Part shown: in pieces, positions 17,510-26,715 of the stretch | Layout: each line of letters starts with the position of its first letter | How positions within the stretch are numbered: position 1 is the stretch's first letter | Source: Candidatus Aminicenantes bacterium | Lineage (GTDB): Bacteria > Acidobacteriota > Aminicenantia > UBA2199 | Assembly (NCBI GenBank): GCA_024644125.1 | Contig: JAHELQ010000002.1 | Span: forward strand, 1 to 40,508 | Length of the DNA: 40,508 nucleotides | Reading direction: 5' to 3' | The notes under the pieces: generated by a model | The model's database searches: none | The model's input: the letters and a program-made list of their open reading frames with translations, nothing else | Told to the model about the DNA's origin: nothing | Made by a program: the position numbers and the translations under genes

Positions 17510-19746
17510 TTTTCACCCCAAAAATCGCGCTCCTCAATCATGAATTCTGAGGTAACTTTTCCATTCAAATATTTGTGGTATTTCTCTTTTTTTGAAAGCA
17601 AATCTTTTAGGCGGTCCTGGTCAAAATCAAGTGGATCACCGGTCCAATCTGGATCATCTGCGCTTGGTTTTATCTTTCCCAGGAATTCGTCAACATCATT
17701 TGGCGTCGCGATAATCTTAGTACACCTACAGTTGTGTCCGTTTGGCGGGGACCATTTGGCCCATACTGGGTCATCATACCTAGCAACAAAGTTGTGCATG
17801 GCGGCATGATCCGCCCGTGTTGAAAGATCGATCACGGCGGAGTATCTCCAGTAGGGGAATTCATCAACCGACCTTCTGAGAGCAATCTCCTGTTGCGCTG
17901 CGTATGCGGAAGAAATGTTGTTCCGCCAAACGGTTTCTTGGTATGGGAAACAGTTTTTTACTCCATACAGTTCAAACATCTGCTTTTGGAACGCCTTGTA
18001 ATTGACTCCTTTCTGTAATGATTCTGTCAATTTTTCAAGGAGGTAATTCATTAAGTCTACATTCTGAATACCAGCGGAAGTAAATGCCGCTCTTCTTGCT
18101 TTTTCCTCAAGCAATTTGAAGTCCTCTCCCAGAACAGGTATCTTCTCACGTAACCATTTAATAGCGTCTTTGGGTTCCAGGACTTCCCAGTCACCCTCAA
18201 ATTCGGCGAAGCTGTTTGAAAAGGATTCGATTTGTTTGGAAACAGAGTATTCGCCAAGAAGCCTTGCGAGAATTATATATTTCTCCCAGGAACTTGCGGC
18301 CTTATTTTGATATTTTTGAAGCTCTTTGTAAAAACCTTTATAGTCCTTTGATTCGATTATTTTTTTGAGTGCCTTTTCGTTGACGGTCTCAAAATATATC
18401 TTTTGCTTATTGTAATTATAAATTCTTGTGATGTAATCATCGATCTTTTTTGCCAGTTCGTCCATTTCATTCTTTGGATCGACATTTTCAGAAAAACTTT
18501 TTTCATTTGGTACGGCCGCTAATTCTCCGAATAACTTAATTTTCCCATTATAACTCACCCGGTCGTTGTCTGTTGGATAGGGGATATTGTATTTTTCATA
18601 AATGTACGGGAGAGGTAATGGCAAGAATTGCTGAATTGTGGCATCACGCTGCGCGGCTTCGAGTGATGTATCTTCACTTGAAAGAGAAAGCACATATTCT
18701 GGTAACACTGTAAAAGAATAGTTCCATTGCGCTAAACGTTGGACGACCTGAATTGTAATATCATAAGCAAAGAATTTTGCATCCCTTTCAGTTCTTTGTT
18801 CTGTAATGCCTTCATGAACTACGGATTGTGCGCGAGTTCCAAATTGTGCTTCGTTTGTTGTTAACGGAGCTCCTAAAATAACTTTTGAGATATACTTGTC
18901 GCAAAAGGTGATAAACTTTTCGTATGAATCAATGCTTCCAGAACGTGATGCTTCTAAAAATTCAATCGTAAAATTGTTGGGGATAGCAATTGCGTAGTCA
19001 TTTTGAATCGCCTCAAGCGATGCAAGCAGGTTTTCCTGCCCTTCTTCAGTCGTTCCTGGAGGATACAAACCCGTCGGGGTTGGTTGTACATACTTCTCAA
19101 TATATACAGACCAGAACAACCAGGAGTGCTTTTTCATAAACCAGGGCCAGAAAAGACTAGTAAACAGTGAACGACCATACCTATTACCTTTTCTCGAATC
19201 GAATGAAAATACAGCAACCCGGTTTTCGTTAACTTCTATTCCATCCTGGTCTGAATCAGAGTACATCATTAATTTCCAGTCTGGTGAGAAAAAGAAATTC
19301 TCTTGATCATGCCCCTTCACTTTTTCAATAATGACTTTACCTTTCTTGATTGCATAGAACAATTCTATAATGGCATAGCCCTTTGCGATTGAATCTTGCG
19401 CTTCTGCTAGAATGTCATCTATTATTCCAGCTATATCGTTCTTCAACTCTCGCGCTTGTTCTAGATCGGCCTTCTCTTGTGAATCTACAACAATATCCCA
19501 ATCACATCCTAAAACTTTAGATTTTCTGGTTTCGAGATCGGAATACACCTGGCTATCCTGTTCGATTTCTTCGAATACAGCGAGCCCCTCTTGTATGCCC
19601 TCGGTGGTCTTTGAAAGAATTAGACTTGGATTGTCAATCTTTTGTTGGTATGCTCCAAATTTCTGTGCGCTTCGAACCTTCAAGACCTTTAGTGTTTTCG
19701 GATCGATCTTTTTTTTATCTGTTTTTTTATTTCTCTTTTTTTCCAT
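17506..19746 (-). CDS. Portal protein (Mu gp29 / DUF935-like) fused to a Mu F-like head morphogenesis domain
   Basis: The N-terminal ~450 aa are DUF935-like (DSQVYSDLETRKSKVLGCDWDIV). The C-terminal ~250 aa carry the MuF/SPP1-gp7 hallmark YWRYSAVIDLSTRADHAAMHNFV...WSPPNGHNCRCT. The start overlaps the TerL stop (TAATG). Confidence 0.85.
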   Translation of the reverse strand: MEKKRNKKTDKKKIDPKTLKVLKVRSAQKFGAYQQKIDNPSLILSKTTEGIQEGLAVFEEIEQDSQVYSDLETRKSKVLGCDWDIVVDSQEKADLEQARELKNDIAGIIDDILAEAQDSIAKGYAIIELFYAIKKGKVIIEKVKGHDQENFFFSPDWKLMMYSDSDQDGIEVNENRVAVFSFDSRKGNRYGRSLFTSLFWPWFMKKHSWLFWSVYIEKYVQPTPTGLYPPGTTEEGQENLLASLEAIQNDYAIAIPNNFTIEFLEASRSGSIDSYEKFITFCDKYISKVILGAPLTTNEAQFGTRAQSVVHEGITEQRTERDAKFFAYDITIQVVQRLAQWNYSFTVLPEYVLSLSSEDTSLEAAQRDATIQQFLPLPLPYIYEKYNIPYPTDNDRVSYNGKIKLFGELAAVPNEKSFSENVDPKNEMDELAKKIDDYITRIYNYNKQKIYFETVNEKALKKIIESKDYKGFYKELQKYQNKAASSWEKYIILARLLGEYSVSKQIESFSNSFAEFEGDWEVLEPKDAIKWLREKIPVLGEDFKLLEEKARRAAFTSAGIQNVDLMNYLLEKLTESLQKGVNYKAFQKQMFELYGVKNCFPYQETVWRNNISSAYAAQQEIALRRSVDEFPYWRYSAVIDLSTRADHAAMHNFVARYDDPVWAKWSPPNGHNCRCTKIIATPNDVDEFLGKIKPSADDPDWTGDPLDFDQDRLKDLLSKKEKYHKYLNGKVTSEFMIEERDFWGEK

Positions 19747-21359
19747 TATGCCGCCAACATTCCTTTGTATTCGCGTCTGAGTTTCCGGGTGAAACTATGG
19801 CGTCGAATTACTATCATTTGCCTTTTGGTTCGTCCTCGTTTGAATGGGGCCGTTGTTTTGCAATTGAATGTTCCGCCCCAATTCTCTGCACACCAGGCTG
19901 CCATTTCCCATGCGTCCGCGCCGTCGTCACACGCATTACTCCCGATTGCGTGTATTTGCTCGATAAGCAATTCTTGGTCACTATCAGATTGATCAAACAA
20001 AATACGTTTCTTCTGAACCGCTGCCGCCAATCGCGATATCCTGAGCACTTTATCTTGTGTGTGAGTTATCTCCTGGATGTTTGGAAATAGGCCTTGACCA
20101 AACATCATTTCTTCAAGGTCCTCCTTGATCTGCATTTGAAAACCATTAACTTCGTATCCAGACGCAACCATGCGGTATTCCCTATACAACTCCAAGAAGG
20201 CTTGATTCATCTCATGGATCGATGCATGTTTTATCCAAGCGTGAACTGTGTAGAGAAGCTTGGTGTCCATATCTTTCGCAAGCACCACATGAGCTTTGAA
20301 GTCTCGATTTTCCCCACTTCGCGCGCTCGGATCGGAGCCTGAGAAATACGCCCAGGCACGGGGGATTTGAAAAACTATGTCTCTTTTATAGTCCTGGAAC
20401 CAATCGAGCTTATAAATACCTGTGTCGAGGGGTTGGTTCATATACTCCGACGCCCACACCATTGGACCGACGGTTTCTTTAATTACAAGTAATTTTTGGA
20501 GGCTTTTTCCCTCGGGCCATACTGGTTGTCCTTGGTCGTCGAGAGCGCCATAAACAACAGCTTTGAGCCGGCCCGTTATTCCAAACTTCTTTTCGATAGC
20601 TTCCGCCTTCTCATTGATATGGTCAACGAGGAGGGCTAAAACACTTATCTTTTCCAACATCGTTCCAATGATGATCATTACACCATCGTCGGAAAGCGAA
20701 TTGTAAACCGCACCGATGATCCAATTGAGTTTTCGGCGGACAAGTTTTTTGTTCCGAACATTGATATTGTTCTCAATGTCATCGCCGAGAATCAAGGTTG
20801 GCCGCCACTGTCGGAACTTCGTTCCACGGATTTTCATTCCCGAGCCGAGACCACGGATACGGGCTCTATTGCCAATTATAATGTCTGTATCACTCCACGC
20901 TCCTTTTGTCACAAGGTCGCCAAAATCCTGTCTTATTCGCGGATTTGTTTCAAACTCAAGTTTAATGAAGCGTATGAATTCCGAAGCTAGATCAATGGTA
21001 TCGGAAATAATAATTGTATATGGGGAAATCTGAAAACATGCTTGATGGATTGCAGTGGCAAAAGTGAGGTGAGTTGATTTCCCGTGTTCGCGCGGAAACG
21101 CTACCGCAAACAGGGATTTCTTGCCGGCATTTGCCATTTCATCAAGCTCTTTATGTATTTTCCCGGAGGGCTTATAGAAATAGTGCGGCAAGTAGGTTGT
21201 TTTAAAATATTCCGGGTCTTTCTTGGCACGGTTTAGACGTTTGTTTTTCGCCTCTTCTGAACTATCAGAAAAAGGCTTAGTCTCGCTTTCCATATATGCA
21301 ACAATCTGTTTGACCTTCTCTTCAAATTGTTTTTTGGAAAGCTTTTTGGTTCGCGCCAT
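19746..21359 (-). CDS. Terminase large subunit (Mu gp28-like)
   Basis: Walker A-like FPREHGKST and Walker B-like TLILGDDIEN are present. The C-terminal nuclease-like half contains acidic motifs (FSGSDPS, ACDDGADAWEMA). The gene lies between TerS and the portal. Confidence 0.85.
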   Translation of the reverse strand: MARTKKLSKKQFEEKVKQIVAYMESETKPFSDSSEEAKNKRLNRAKKDPEYFKTTYLPHYFYKPSGKIHKELDEMANAGKKSLFAVAFPREHGKSTHLTFATAIHQACFQISPYTIIISDTIDLASEFIRFIKLEFETNPRIRQDFGDLVTKGAWSDTDIIIGNRARIRGLGSGMKIRGTKFRQWRPTLILGDDIENNINVRNKKLVRRKLNWIIGAVYNSLSDDGVMIIIGTMLEKISVLALLVDHINEKAEAIEKKFGITGRLKAVVYGALDDQGQPVWPEGKSLQKLLVIKETVGPMVWASEYMNQPLDTGIYKLDWFQDYKRDIVFQIPRAWAYFSGSDPSARSGENRDFKAHVVLAKDMDTKLLYTVHAWIKHASIHEMNQAFLELYREYRMVASGYEVNGFQMQIKEDLEEMMFGQGLFPNIQEITHTQDKVLRISRLAAAVQKKRILFDQSDSDQELLIEQIHAIGSNACDDGADAWEMAAWCAENWGGTFNCKTTAPFKRGRTKRQMIVIRRHSFTRKLRREYKGMLAA

Positions 21360-21360
21360 T

Positions 21361-21807
21361 TTAATACTCTTTACTTTTCAACTCTTTAAAATAGTTCTGG
21401 GTGTGCTCGGAGAGTTTCCCGACGAAGTTTTCATCCTGTTCTTTTTCTCGAATGTATCTAAGGAAATCATCGAGTACCATGATCGTCTGTCCTGCGACAT
21501 CCTGTAGAGCTCTTATATTTCCTTGGATTTTCATCAACTTGTAAATGGAGTCAGCCATCCCCGGTGCTGCGTTGATATCCGCTGATTCCATCTGTTCCAT
21601 GTATTTGTTGATGATGCTGTCAAGCTTTTCGGCACGTTCGGCTGGTTGGGCATCCTTTTTTTTCTTTTTTTCTTCCCATTTATAAGCGTCTTTCCACCTA
21701 TAGAGCGTGTTTTCATGCACGTCAATTCGTTTTGCAATCTCTGTGATTGCAACGCCCTCCAAAAAAAGCCTTTCGGCATCCTGCCTATACATTGCCTCTT
21801 TAGACAT
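21361..21807 (-). CDS. Terminase small subunit candidate (Mu gp27 / DUF1804-like)
   Basis: N-terminal HTH (EGVAITEIAKRIDVHENTLYRWKDAYKWEE) followed by a helical tail. It lies immediately upstream of TerL. Confidence 0.6.
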   Translation of the reverse strand: MSKEAMYRQDAERLFLEGVAITEIAKRIDVHENTLYRWKDAYKWEEKKKKKDAQPAERAEKLDSIINKYMEQMESADINAAPGMADSIYKLMKIQGNIRALQDVAGQTIMVLDDFLRYIREKEQDENFVGKLSEHTQNYFKELKSKEY

Positions 21808-21813
21808 ATTTCC

Positions 21814-22047
21814 TCACTTCACAAAAAAGTCCTTTACAAGCGCGCCAATAAAGGAGGCTGCGAAAGTCACAACCGCATAAACGGCGACAACCTTCATGTT
21901 GATTGAGTTGATCCGCTCAAGCGTTTTCTCATTCCATGACTCTTGCTTTTCCCATCGGCGGGTTTGCGTGTCTTTTACTTCTTGAATTTCTGTGGCGTTG
22001 TTTTTGATTCTCTCTTTGATTGCGCCACAGTCGTTACAGTTTTCCAT
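21814..22047 (-). CDS. Small tail-anchored membrane protein (lysis accessory / spanin-like candidate)
   Basis: 77 aa with a coiled N-terminal part and a single C-terminal TM helix (VVAVYAVVTFAASFIGALV). Confidence 0.45.
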   Translation of the reverse strand: MENCNDCGAIKERIKNNATEIQEVKDTQTRRWEKQESWNEKTLERINSINMKVVAVYAVVTFAASFIGALVKDFFVK

Positions 22048-22073
22048 TTTTCTTCACCTCTTTTCGAAAGGTC

Positions 22074-22089
22074 GGGGGCATTCGCCCCC
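22074..22089 (-). other. Perfect 6-bp GC stem with a 4-nt loop (GGGGGC-ATTC-GCCCCC)
   Basis: Seen directly in the 75-nt gap between the holin-like gene and the 77-aa gene. No clear U-tract follows on the minus-strand transcript, so it is at best a weak terminator or RNA stabiliser. Confidence 0.3.
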
Positions 22090-22122
22090 TAACCTTAATG
22101 ATCCTCAATCCATAGGGGCCGG

Positions 22123-22491
22123 TTATCTGGATGCTTCTTTAGAGCGTTTTCGGAAAATGAGCCCGAGCAAAAATGTCAACGCAGTGTTGACGATTGCTAC
22201 CGGAATGTCAAGATCAAATGCTGTATTCACAACCGGGATGAGACCACCAGTAAGACCAATCCAAAACGCCGGGTCCCGGAACTTGCCGATCTGGCTTTTC
22301 ATTCGTTTCAGATCGTTCTGGCCTTCTCCGAAAATATATACAAGGACGACAGCAACACTCATGACTACCGCATTGGCGTCAAGTGTAAGCCCAAATGACT
22401 CCTGTAGCTGGTTGAGAGCAACAAGCACGATTCCCAAAACCAGGAACAATACTTTTCTACTGCCTAACATATTGCGTAGTTTTTCTAACAT
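22123..22491 (-). CDS. Holin-like membrane protein (3-4 TM helices, charged C-terminus)
   Basis: The preferred start, ATG 22491 (MLEKLRN), has an AAGGAGG SD sequence 5 nt upstream. Hydrophobic segments are VLFLVLGIVLVAL, AVVMSVAVVLVYIF, AFWIGLTGGLIPVV and VAIVNTALTFLLGLIF, followed by RKRSKEASR. Confidence 0.55.
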   Translation of the reverse strand: MLEKLRNMLGSRKVLFLVLGIVLVALNQLQESFGLTLDANAVVMSVAVVLVYIFGEGQNDLKRMKSQIGKFRDPAFWIGLTGGLIPVVNTAFDLDIPVAIVNTALTFLLGLIFRKRSKEASR

Positions 22492-22501
22492 GTATCCTCC
22501 T

Positions 22502-23017
22502 TTATTCAATTCCTAACGATAGACGTTTCATTTCTTCGGTTTTTAACTTTCGGTATTCTTCAAGAATTCTCGCGGTTAGTATTACCGCCTTAAAGCCTTC
22601 TTCTCTAAGCTCAGTATGTTGTAAGGCTGAGGCAATCATTCCGGTGTCTATAAAGTCTCGCTCACTGCCGCAAAACATCTGATAGGCCTCACGCACTATT
22701 TCTTCACCAAGGATGTATGAGAGAAGGCACACCCATCGACGATCTACATCTTTTCGGATTACGTACAATCGATCCCATAGGGCGCGCATGTAGCGCGTAA
22801 AAGCCGCGACGTTTCTTCGGTCTTCTTTTATTTCATGTTCTTCAAGACCTAATTCCTCACAGTGTTTTTTCTGTAGCCTCATCGCCCCAATACCTGGAAT
22901 TCCCTCCCATTTCAACACATTGTATAGAGCTTTAAACAACAAATAGTCAATGAAGGGAATATATTTAAAATCATTTTTAGTTGCACCCTGTAAGGTTTCG
23001 TGATTTAGACTATGCAT
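22502..23017 (-). CDS. Hypothetical soluble protein inside the lysis cassette
   Basis: The preferred start, ATG 23017 (MHSLNHE), overlaps the endolysin stop (ATGCATAG). 171 aa with no TM segment and no motif I recognise. Confidence 0.5.
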   Translation of the reverse strand: MHSLNHETLQGATKNDFKYIPFIDYLLFKALYNVLKWEGIPGIGAMRLQKKHCEELGLEEHEIKEDRRNVAAFTRYMRALWDRLYVIRKDVDRRWVCLLSYILGEEIVREAYQMFCGSERDFIDTGMIASALQHTELREEGFKAVILTARILEEYRKLKTEEMKRLSLGIE

Positions 23018-23630
23018 TGTTTTCACCCTCGGGGTTCTCGGCGAATTGATTGTTTTTGGTCGGCGGGTACCGGCATACACCTGAGAATCTGCCCGATTCC
23101 TCGATGAGCTCGCGGCGGATCGCTTTCACTCTCGCGACATAGCGCAGGGTTTCTTTCGAATGATTCCCGGTGACGAGGTGGAGACGTTCAGCCACCATCG
23201 CCCAATCAGCATATTCTCTTTCTTTTTCCGAAAGTGTTTCGAAAGCTCTCCTCACATTCCCCAGGCCGGCATTGTAGGAGGCTAGCGAAATCTCGAAACG
23301 TTCCTCCGGTACATTGATATCTTTCCAATATTCCCAAATTTTCTTCATGTAGTGTGTGCCATACCAGATTGAGGTTTCAGCATTAAACAATTGGTCGGTG
23401 TCTTTCATTCCGAAATCGCCGCGCGCAGTCTCGGGCATTATTTGCATAATGCCTATCGCTCCCGCTGGTGATACTGCTTTAGGTTTCAGATTTGATTCGG
23501 CGATGGCTTGGGCTTTAAAAAATTCAGGATAGCATACGAGTTCCGGGACATTTGCCCAATATGCTTCCGTCGCTTCGTAAAAATATTTATCGTATTTGTC
23601 TGTGTGTTTCATACCTGAATGATAATTCAT
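23010..23630 (-). CDS. Lytic transglycosylase (SLT domain) endolysin
   Basis: SLT catalytic motif AQAIAESNLKPKAVSPAGAIGIMQIMPETA, followed by SYNAGLGNV. Confidence 0.8.
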   Translation of the reverse strand: MNYHSGMKHTDKYDKYFYEATEAYWANVPELVCYPEFFKAQAIAESNLKPKAVSPAGAIGIMQIMPETARGDFGMKDTDQLFNAETSIWYGTHYMKKIWEYWKDINVPEERFEISLASYNAGLGNVRRAFETLSEKEREYADWAMVAERLHLVTGNHSKETLRYVARVKAIRRELIEESGRFSGVCRYPPTKNNQFAENPEGENNA

Positions 23631-23691
23631 TGGGGTATTGAAATCGGGTTTAATGGATTAGGTAGGAGAAAAGTGTGAAAAAGATTGATAA

Positions 23692-24081
23692 TTAATTGTA
23701 TTCGGGGAATAGACTTCTTTGAGTGGGGGTGTCTTCCTCGAATTTATTTATGTATCTGTGGACTTCGTTTTTTGGGAATTCAATAGCGCATTTTGTGCCG
23801 GCAGGACCTTTTCTTGTAAAACCCTGGAGGCGATTGGCATCAATATCCTTCTGAACTTTTGAGATTGATGCTTGGATACAATACGCGATTTGCTTTATTG
23901 AGAGCGTGTCGCCGGAGCACTTTTCAACCCTTTCGTGGTATTGTTGTTTGGGTGTTTTAATCGCCTTCTGAATTTCTTCTGGAGGAATGGAACAAATTCG
24001 CCCGATTTCCTCTAGGGTTACATATCCTCGCCCCTTTGAGGTCTTCTTGAATTCGTTCCACAGCTTTGCCGATTCAGTCAT
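23692..24081 (-). CDS. Mor/C-like middle or late transcription activator candidate (HTH)
   Basis: 129 aa, the same size as Mu Mor. It has an HTH-like segment LSIKQIAYCIQASISKVQKDI and is the last gene before the lysis/late block. Confidence 0.4.
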   Translation of the reverse strand: MTESAKLWNEFKKTSKGRGYVTLEEIGRICSIPPEEIQKAIKTPKQQYHERVEKCSGDTLSIKQIAYCIQASISKVQKDIDANRLQGFTRKGPAGTKCAIEFPKNEVHRYINKFEEDTPTQRSLFPEYN

Positions 24082-24559
24082 TGAGCTTTCCGTATTTCGC
24101 CAAATACGTCGCTTCTTGCTCCGCTTCCCCGCCTTGCCAGCCGCGCGTGTACATCGCCTTGAGAGCTTCTATCAATGCCGATGCGGCAATGCTTGTCAAT
24201 AGCTCGCTTTGACAAAACTTCTTCAACAATCTAAAAGTCTGCATTATTGACATATTACACTTATCAGCGAGTGTGTCTATTTTATCTATCTGTTCGGGTG
24301 TTGCGAGGTAGACTGGAGCAACTCTATTTGATTTCCTCGAAGTCTTACTTGCTTTTCTTATCTCAATTCCCGTCAATTCTTTAAGAATATCGATAAATTT
24401 TGTCAGGTCTTGGACTGTCAGAGTTTTGAGAGACTTAGTTCTGTAGTTTTGATATAGCGCCTCATATACAACTTCCTTTCCCTCTGCCCCCTGTTCATCT
24501 AGGGAGCGTACAATAAACCACACTGTACGGATTAATCTATTTCTCACGTCATTAGACAT
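24074..24559 (-). CDS. GemA / Mu gp16-like protein (DUF1018-like)
   Basis: RLIRTVWFIVRSL...YEALYQNYRTKSLKTLTVQDLTKFIDILKELTG and the C-terminal AASALIEALKAMY fit the DUF1018 pattern. Confidence 0.5.
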   Translation of the reverse strand: MSNDVRNRLIRTVWFIVRSLDEQGAEGKEVVYEALYQNYRTKSLKTLTVQDLTKFIDILKELTGIEIRKASKTSRKSNRVAPVYLATPEQIDKIDTLADKCNMSIMQTFRLLKKFCQSELLTSIAASALIEALKAMYTRGWQGGEAEQEATYLAKYGKLND

Positions 24560-25134
24560 TATTTCACCTTCAAAACATTCATATCTTCATAGATACTTTT
24601 CTCATATTCGGAAACAAATTCTAGCCCATACCATGGGTCAAATCGATACTCCCTTTTAGCATTTCGTAGCTTTCCTTTTATGATCGCTTCATAGCAGAGA
24701 TAAAACCACAGCGTCTCATTTTCAAAGTATCGATACCCTGTCTCATCCATTCGTTCTATTACAATCGCGCTATGTTCCGTCGTAATTTGCTTCATGAAGT
24801 AATTTATAGAATTTATTGTACGCATATTGGCTCTAGCCCACGGTAGCACTTTATTTATTGCTCGCTTAATCTCTGTTGGGGAAACACGTTTCATGAAAAG
24901 TTTTTTTATTATTGTATATTCCCAACTTTTTAGATTCTTTTTGCCCAGAATTGTCGAGCGCGTATCCCGGACCATTTTCGCCACCTGGTCTCGGTAGCCC
25001 CCGGACTTAAAATATTCCCGCTCCTGGAACCGGCAAAACATTTGCTCGATCTCTCCCAGGTCTTTATATTCCTTGTGGAATATTTCTTTTGCCAGGTCGT
25101 TGACCATCTTCGTATCGATCTTTTTTTTACCCAT
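24559..25134 (-). CDS. Hypothetical early protein
   Basis: 191-aa ORF, coupled to the next gene (TAATG). No motif I recognise. Confidence 0.5.
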   Translation of the reverse strand: MGKKKIDTKMVNDLAKEIFHKEYKDLGEIEQMFCRFQEREYFKSGGYRDQVAKMVRDTRSTILGKKNLKSWEYTIIKKLFMKRVSPTEIKRAINKVLPWARANMRTINSINYFMKQITTEHSAIVIERMDETGYRYFENETLWFYLCYEAIIKGKLRNAKREYRFDPWYGLEFVSEYEKSIYEDMNVLKVK

Positions 25135-25141
25135 TTAAACC

Positions 25142-26005
25142 TCAATTAAATATGCTCTGTTCGACTTTTAATATGTATTTAAACAACAAGTACGAAATCA
25201 TTGGAGAGCAACTATTCCCTAACGCTTTAATCCTGTCCATCCTCGCGGGAATCCCATTAGAGCTTCCACGAATGCAGGATTCAATTTCTTCTCTCCATAA
25301 TTCAATTGGACGTACTCGGTCAAGTTCGCCAAGTTTTTTCCTTGCCATTTCTCGATCCGCCGTTTCAACCCAGTTTCCGAAAATCCCCCCCGCGAATCTC
25401 GCGCCATTGGGGTCGGGAATACTCTTTTGTTCTTCCGCATCGTCTCCCAAAAAGGCGATAACAAATACTCTCCGTCTGATTTGCGGTGCCCCGACGGCTG
25501 CAATCGGTATAACCGGAACGATATATTCCCCCGCCCTGTCTGTTGGGAAATTATATCCGATGCTTTCCAGGTCAGAAAGAACTGATCCGAGTGCCAGATT
25601 GACGAATCCAATAACGTTCTCAATAATAAGCCAACGGGGCCGCAATCTTTCAATGAGCCTGAAAGCCGCCGGCCAGACGTGGCGGTTATCTTCCGCGCCT
25701 CTCCGCTGCCCGGCAGTACTATATGGTTGGCAAGGTAGACCAGCGGCAAACACATCTGGTCTTTCAATTTTTTTTTCATTGATCATTTCCTCTATGTCAT
25801 TATACAATCTTGTTCCAGGAAAATTTTTCTTTAATATTTTCTGGCAAAACACATCTTTCTCGCATTGCCAGACAATGCGAAATCCCGCCGACACTGCACC
25901 AAGATCAATCCCTCCAATACCCGAACAGAGGGAGCCAAGCAGAGGCGGCACCTGGGCTTTACGCCCAGGGCCTTTATTTGTATGGGGAGACTTATGGGTG
26001 CTCAT
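25142..26005 (-). CDS. DNA (cytosine-5) methyltransferase, compact (287 aa)
   Basis: Motif I LCSGIGGIDLG, motif IV GLPCQPYSTAG, motif VI LIIENV, motif VIII QIRRRVFVIAF and motif X ALGNS are all present, in canonical order. Confidence 0.9.
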   Translation of the reverse strand: MSTHKSPHTNKGPGRKAQVPPLLGSLCSGIGGIDLGAVSAGFRIVWQCEKDVFCQKILKKNFPGTRLYNDIEEMINEKKIERPDVFAAGLPCQPYSTAGQRRGAEDNRHVWPAAFRLIERLRPRWLIIENVIGFVNLALGSVLSDLESIGYNFPTDRAGEYIVPVIPIAAVGAPQIRRRVFVIAFLGDDAEEQKSIPDPNGARFAGGIFGNWVETADREMARKKLGELDRVRPIELWREEIESCIRGSSNGIPARMDRIKALGNSCSPMISYLLFKYILKVEQSIFN

Positions 26006-26463
26006 ATTTTTATGGTTACACTGGTGACATCTGCCTGTTCTATTCCAAGCTCTTTCGCCAGGCTAGGATGGTGGCTCATTGCTACGCGAAGACCAGCCTT
26101 GTCTACAGACCTTTCTTGCTTCACATATTGGAAATAGTTACTTTCAAGCAATCGCGTAATGAGTAATTCTTCCTCTGGATATTCGTATGTCGTGTAATCA
26201 CGAAACTTTATCGTCCCGGTCCGTAGCTTTTCGGTTTTATTTTTCCCTCGCAACTCTAGAGCCATCATTTTTATTTCCTTCTCAAGCGTTGTGATCGATT
26301 TGTCAAGGTCGTCTGTGGCAACGTCAAGTTCCGATTCAATTACGGATATCTTTCTCTTTGCGGTCTGCTCTAACATTGTTCGCTCCGCTTCATGCTTTGC
26401 CAGTTCCCCCATCTTTTGCTCAATGAGATTCCAGCCTTTTTTTCTTTTTTTGAAAATATTCAT
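26002..26463 (-). CDS. Mu Gam-like host-nuclease inhibitor candidate
   Basis: 153 aa. An N-terminal coiled coil is followed by KTEKLRTGTIKFRDY, resembling the Mu Gam family. It occupies the Mu-like position downstream of B. Confidence 0.5.
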   Translation of the reverse strand: MNIFKKRKKGWNLIEQKMGELAKHEAERTMLEQTAKRKISVIESELDVATDDLDKSITTLEKEIKMMALELRGKNKTEKLRTGTIKFRDYTTYEYPEEELLITRLLESNYFQYVKQERSVDKAGLRVAMSHHPSLAKELGIEQADVTSVTIKI

Positions 26464-26470
26464 AATTCCC

Positions 26471-26710
26471 TCATACCGGTTTCAATCGATCTACACGAAC
26501 CGGTCTATCAATGCGCTCGCAATATATATATGCGCGATCCGCGCTATCTCCTGGAAAAGCGTTGCTTTCCGTCTTGGTCCTCATCTTCCCCACATAGACC
26601 ATCTGTCCTATGGAATACCGGCGGTTCCAAGTCGAAGCCTCCCTTTTTGCGTTCTTCCCAATATCTCTCCGCTTCTCCACCCTTTCAGGTCCAATTTGGA
26701 TTAACATCAT
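26471..26710 (-). CDS. Hypothetical basic protein
   Basis: 79 aa, with an AGGAGG SD sequence directly upstream of the ATGATG start. Confidence 0.45.
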   Translation of the reverse strand: MMLIQIGPERVEKRRDIGKNAKREASTWNRRYSIGQMVYVGKMRTKTESNAFPGDSADRAYIYCERIDRPVRVDRLKPV

Positions 26711-26715
26711 ACCTC

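Noticed and set aside
25152-26027. 291-aa plus-strand ORF and the 186-aa alternative minus-frame ORF (25219..25779)
   Set aside because: Both overlap the methyltransferase gene, whose frame carries all canonical C5-MTase motifs. They are frame shadows.
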